The position numbers and the translations under genes are program-made. Below the pieces are notes generated by a model. That model saw only the letters and a program-made list of their open reading frames with translations, did no database searches and was not told the origin of the DNA. A stretch of DNA of 64,000 nucleotides from Squalus acanthias (taxonomy: Eukaryota). Below, in pieces: positions 62,774 to 64,000 of the stretch. The number at the start of each line of letters is the position of its first letter. Position 1 is the stretch's first letter. The stretch lies in NCBI GenBank assembly GCA_030390025.1, contig CM059438.1, forward strand, positions 67,086,001 through 67,150,000, given 5' to 3'.

Positions 62774-64000
62774 GGCCGCGAATTTACCGGCGCTCAGAGG
62801 GCGGGTTTGGAGGTGGGTCCGCTGTCAAAATAGCAAAGATTGACCGGGTAGGAAACCCGCTGTCAACCCGCCTCCAAGAGTCTCCCAGGTGTCGGGTCTG
62901 TCAGTGGAGAACTGACCCGACACCAAGTGGCGGGGGATACAATTAAGCTTGTTAAATGGCTTTTTAAGAGCCAATTTAATGCTATTTTGAGGTTTCCTTC
63001 CAATTTTATGTTCTTAAAATGGGTTACCCGCTACTCCGGGATGAGATGTATCTGATAAGCTGACAGCTGCAGAAGTGGTGTAAAGGATGCCATGTTGCAG
63101 AGCGCAGAAACTGTTGTTTACTTCATTTGTAAGACATATAGAGATTTCTTTAAATTGTAAGTGTTTAGAGGCAACTGTATGTCCAGTGCCACCTCATTGG
63201 AACAACCTCTCTCACCATTAACAGATCGCTTCTGTCATCTCACCTGCAGCTGACATCTATTGCAGCAATATCGGTGCCCTTGAAAAAATCATACCTTGGT
63301 CCTCTGAATCCTTCCATGATCAGCCCCAACACCAACATCACCAGGCACACCAACATCACCAACCTTCTCCGCCATCACCTGATGCTGCACAGGACAAAGG
63401 GCATTAGCCCATGACAACATTGCTGCCCAGGAGGCCAGCGATGGCATCATCATGGCCAGATTTACTTCACTTGACACTGTTAACCCTGGCTGCCACATGA
63501 TGCACCAGGTTGACAGCATCCCACACCAGCACCGTGAAGCATCCCTTTAATGTCCAAGCCATTCCATGCACACTCATCACTATAGCGGGGGTGGGGGGTG
63601 GCAAGTTATGTCTCAACATTCACTGGAACTCAGTAAGACACTTCTCAAGGTGCGCACAGATCTGTCCAATAAGAGGCTGTGATGAAAATATAGATTTCAC
63701 TGTGTGACAGCACATTACCAGAAACTTCACATGGACATTGGCTAAACCTCTCAAGTGCCTACCCTTGTGTGTTGTTAGGTGGTATGCTTGTAGTAGGATG
63801 AGGGTGAGTGTGAGGGGTGGCTAGTGAGATGGGGAAGTGATAAAGTAGATAGAGAGGTGGAGGTGCAAGGTAAGTTGGTGTGAGTAAGGATGTGCAGGAG
63901 AAGGGTATGGAAGGCAGAGTGACGGGTATGTGTTGAATGGCACAACAGGGTAAGTTTGAATGTGGCTTTTCAGTAACGGTTTGTGATCTGCTGAGATCAT
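62774..64000 (+). mobile_element. Harbinger copy 4: transposase-deleted, partial Myb gene; runs off the window end
   Basis: Left TIR GGCCGCGAATTT, similar to 9057. 63400-63480 matches 47357-47440. 63800-64000 matches Myb intron 1 at about 48920-49130. Confidence 0.85.

Overview
This is vertebrate non-coding DNA made almost entirely of nested, decayed transposable elements. The repeat families suggest a cartilaginous fish (inference only). I could not identify any intact host gene, rRNA, genuine tRNA or CRISPR array. Contents: (i) Penelope-like element (PLE) remnants carrying four minimal type-I hammerhead ribozyme motifs (1196, 9024, 22944, 39016); (ii) many CR1 LINE fragments and an L2 fragment; (iii) tRNA-headed SINEs that share 3' tails with LINEs in the window; (iv) two solo-LTR-like inserts; (v) PIF/Harbinger DNA transposons, comprising two decayed two-gene copies (transposase on +, spliced Myb/SANT gene on -), two copies sharing the same transposase deletion but keeping Myb sequence, and several MITE families with internal hairpins and non-TWA 3-bp target duplications. 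Most notable: a Harbinger element inserted at the predicted cleavage triplet of a hammerhead, an apparently amplified transposase-less Myb-bearing Harbinger subfamily, and a MITE with a promoter-like motif cassette and a hairpin whose arms co-vary between copies. All calls were made by eye and coordinates may be off by a few bases.
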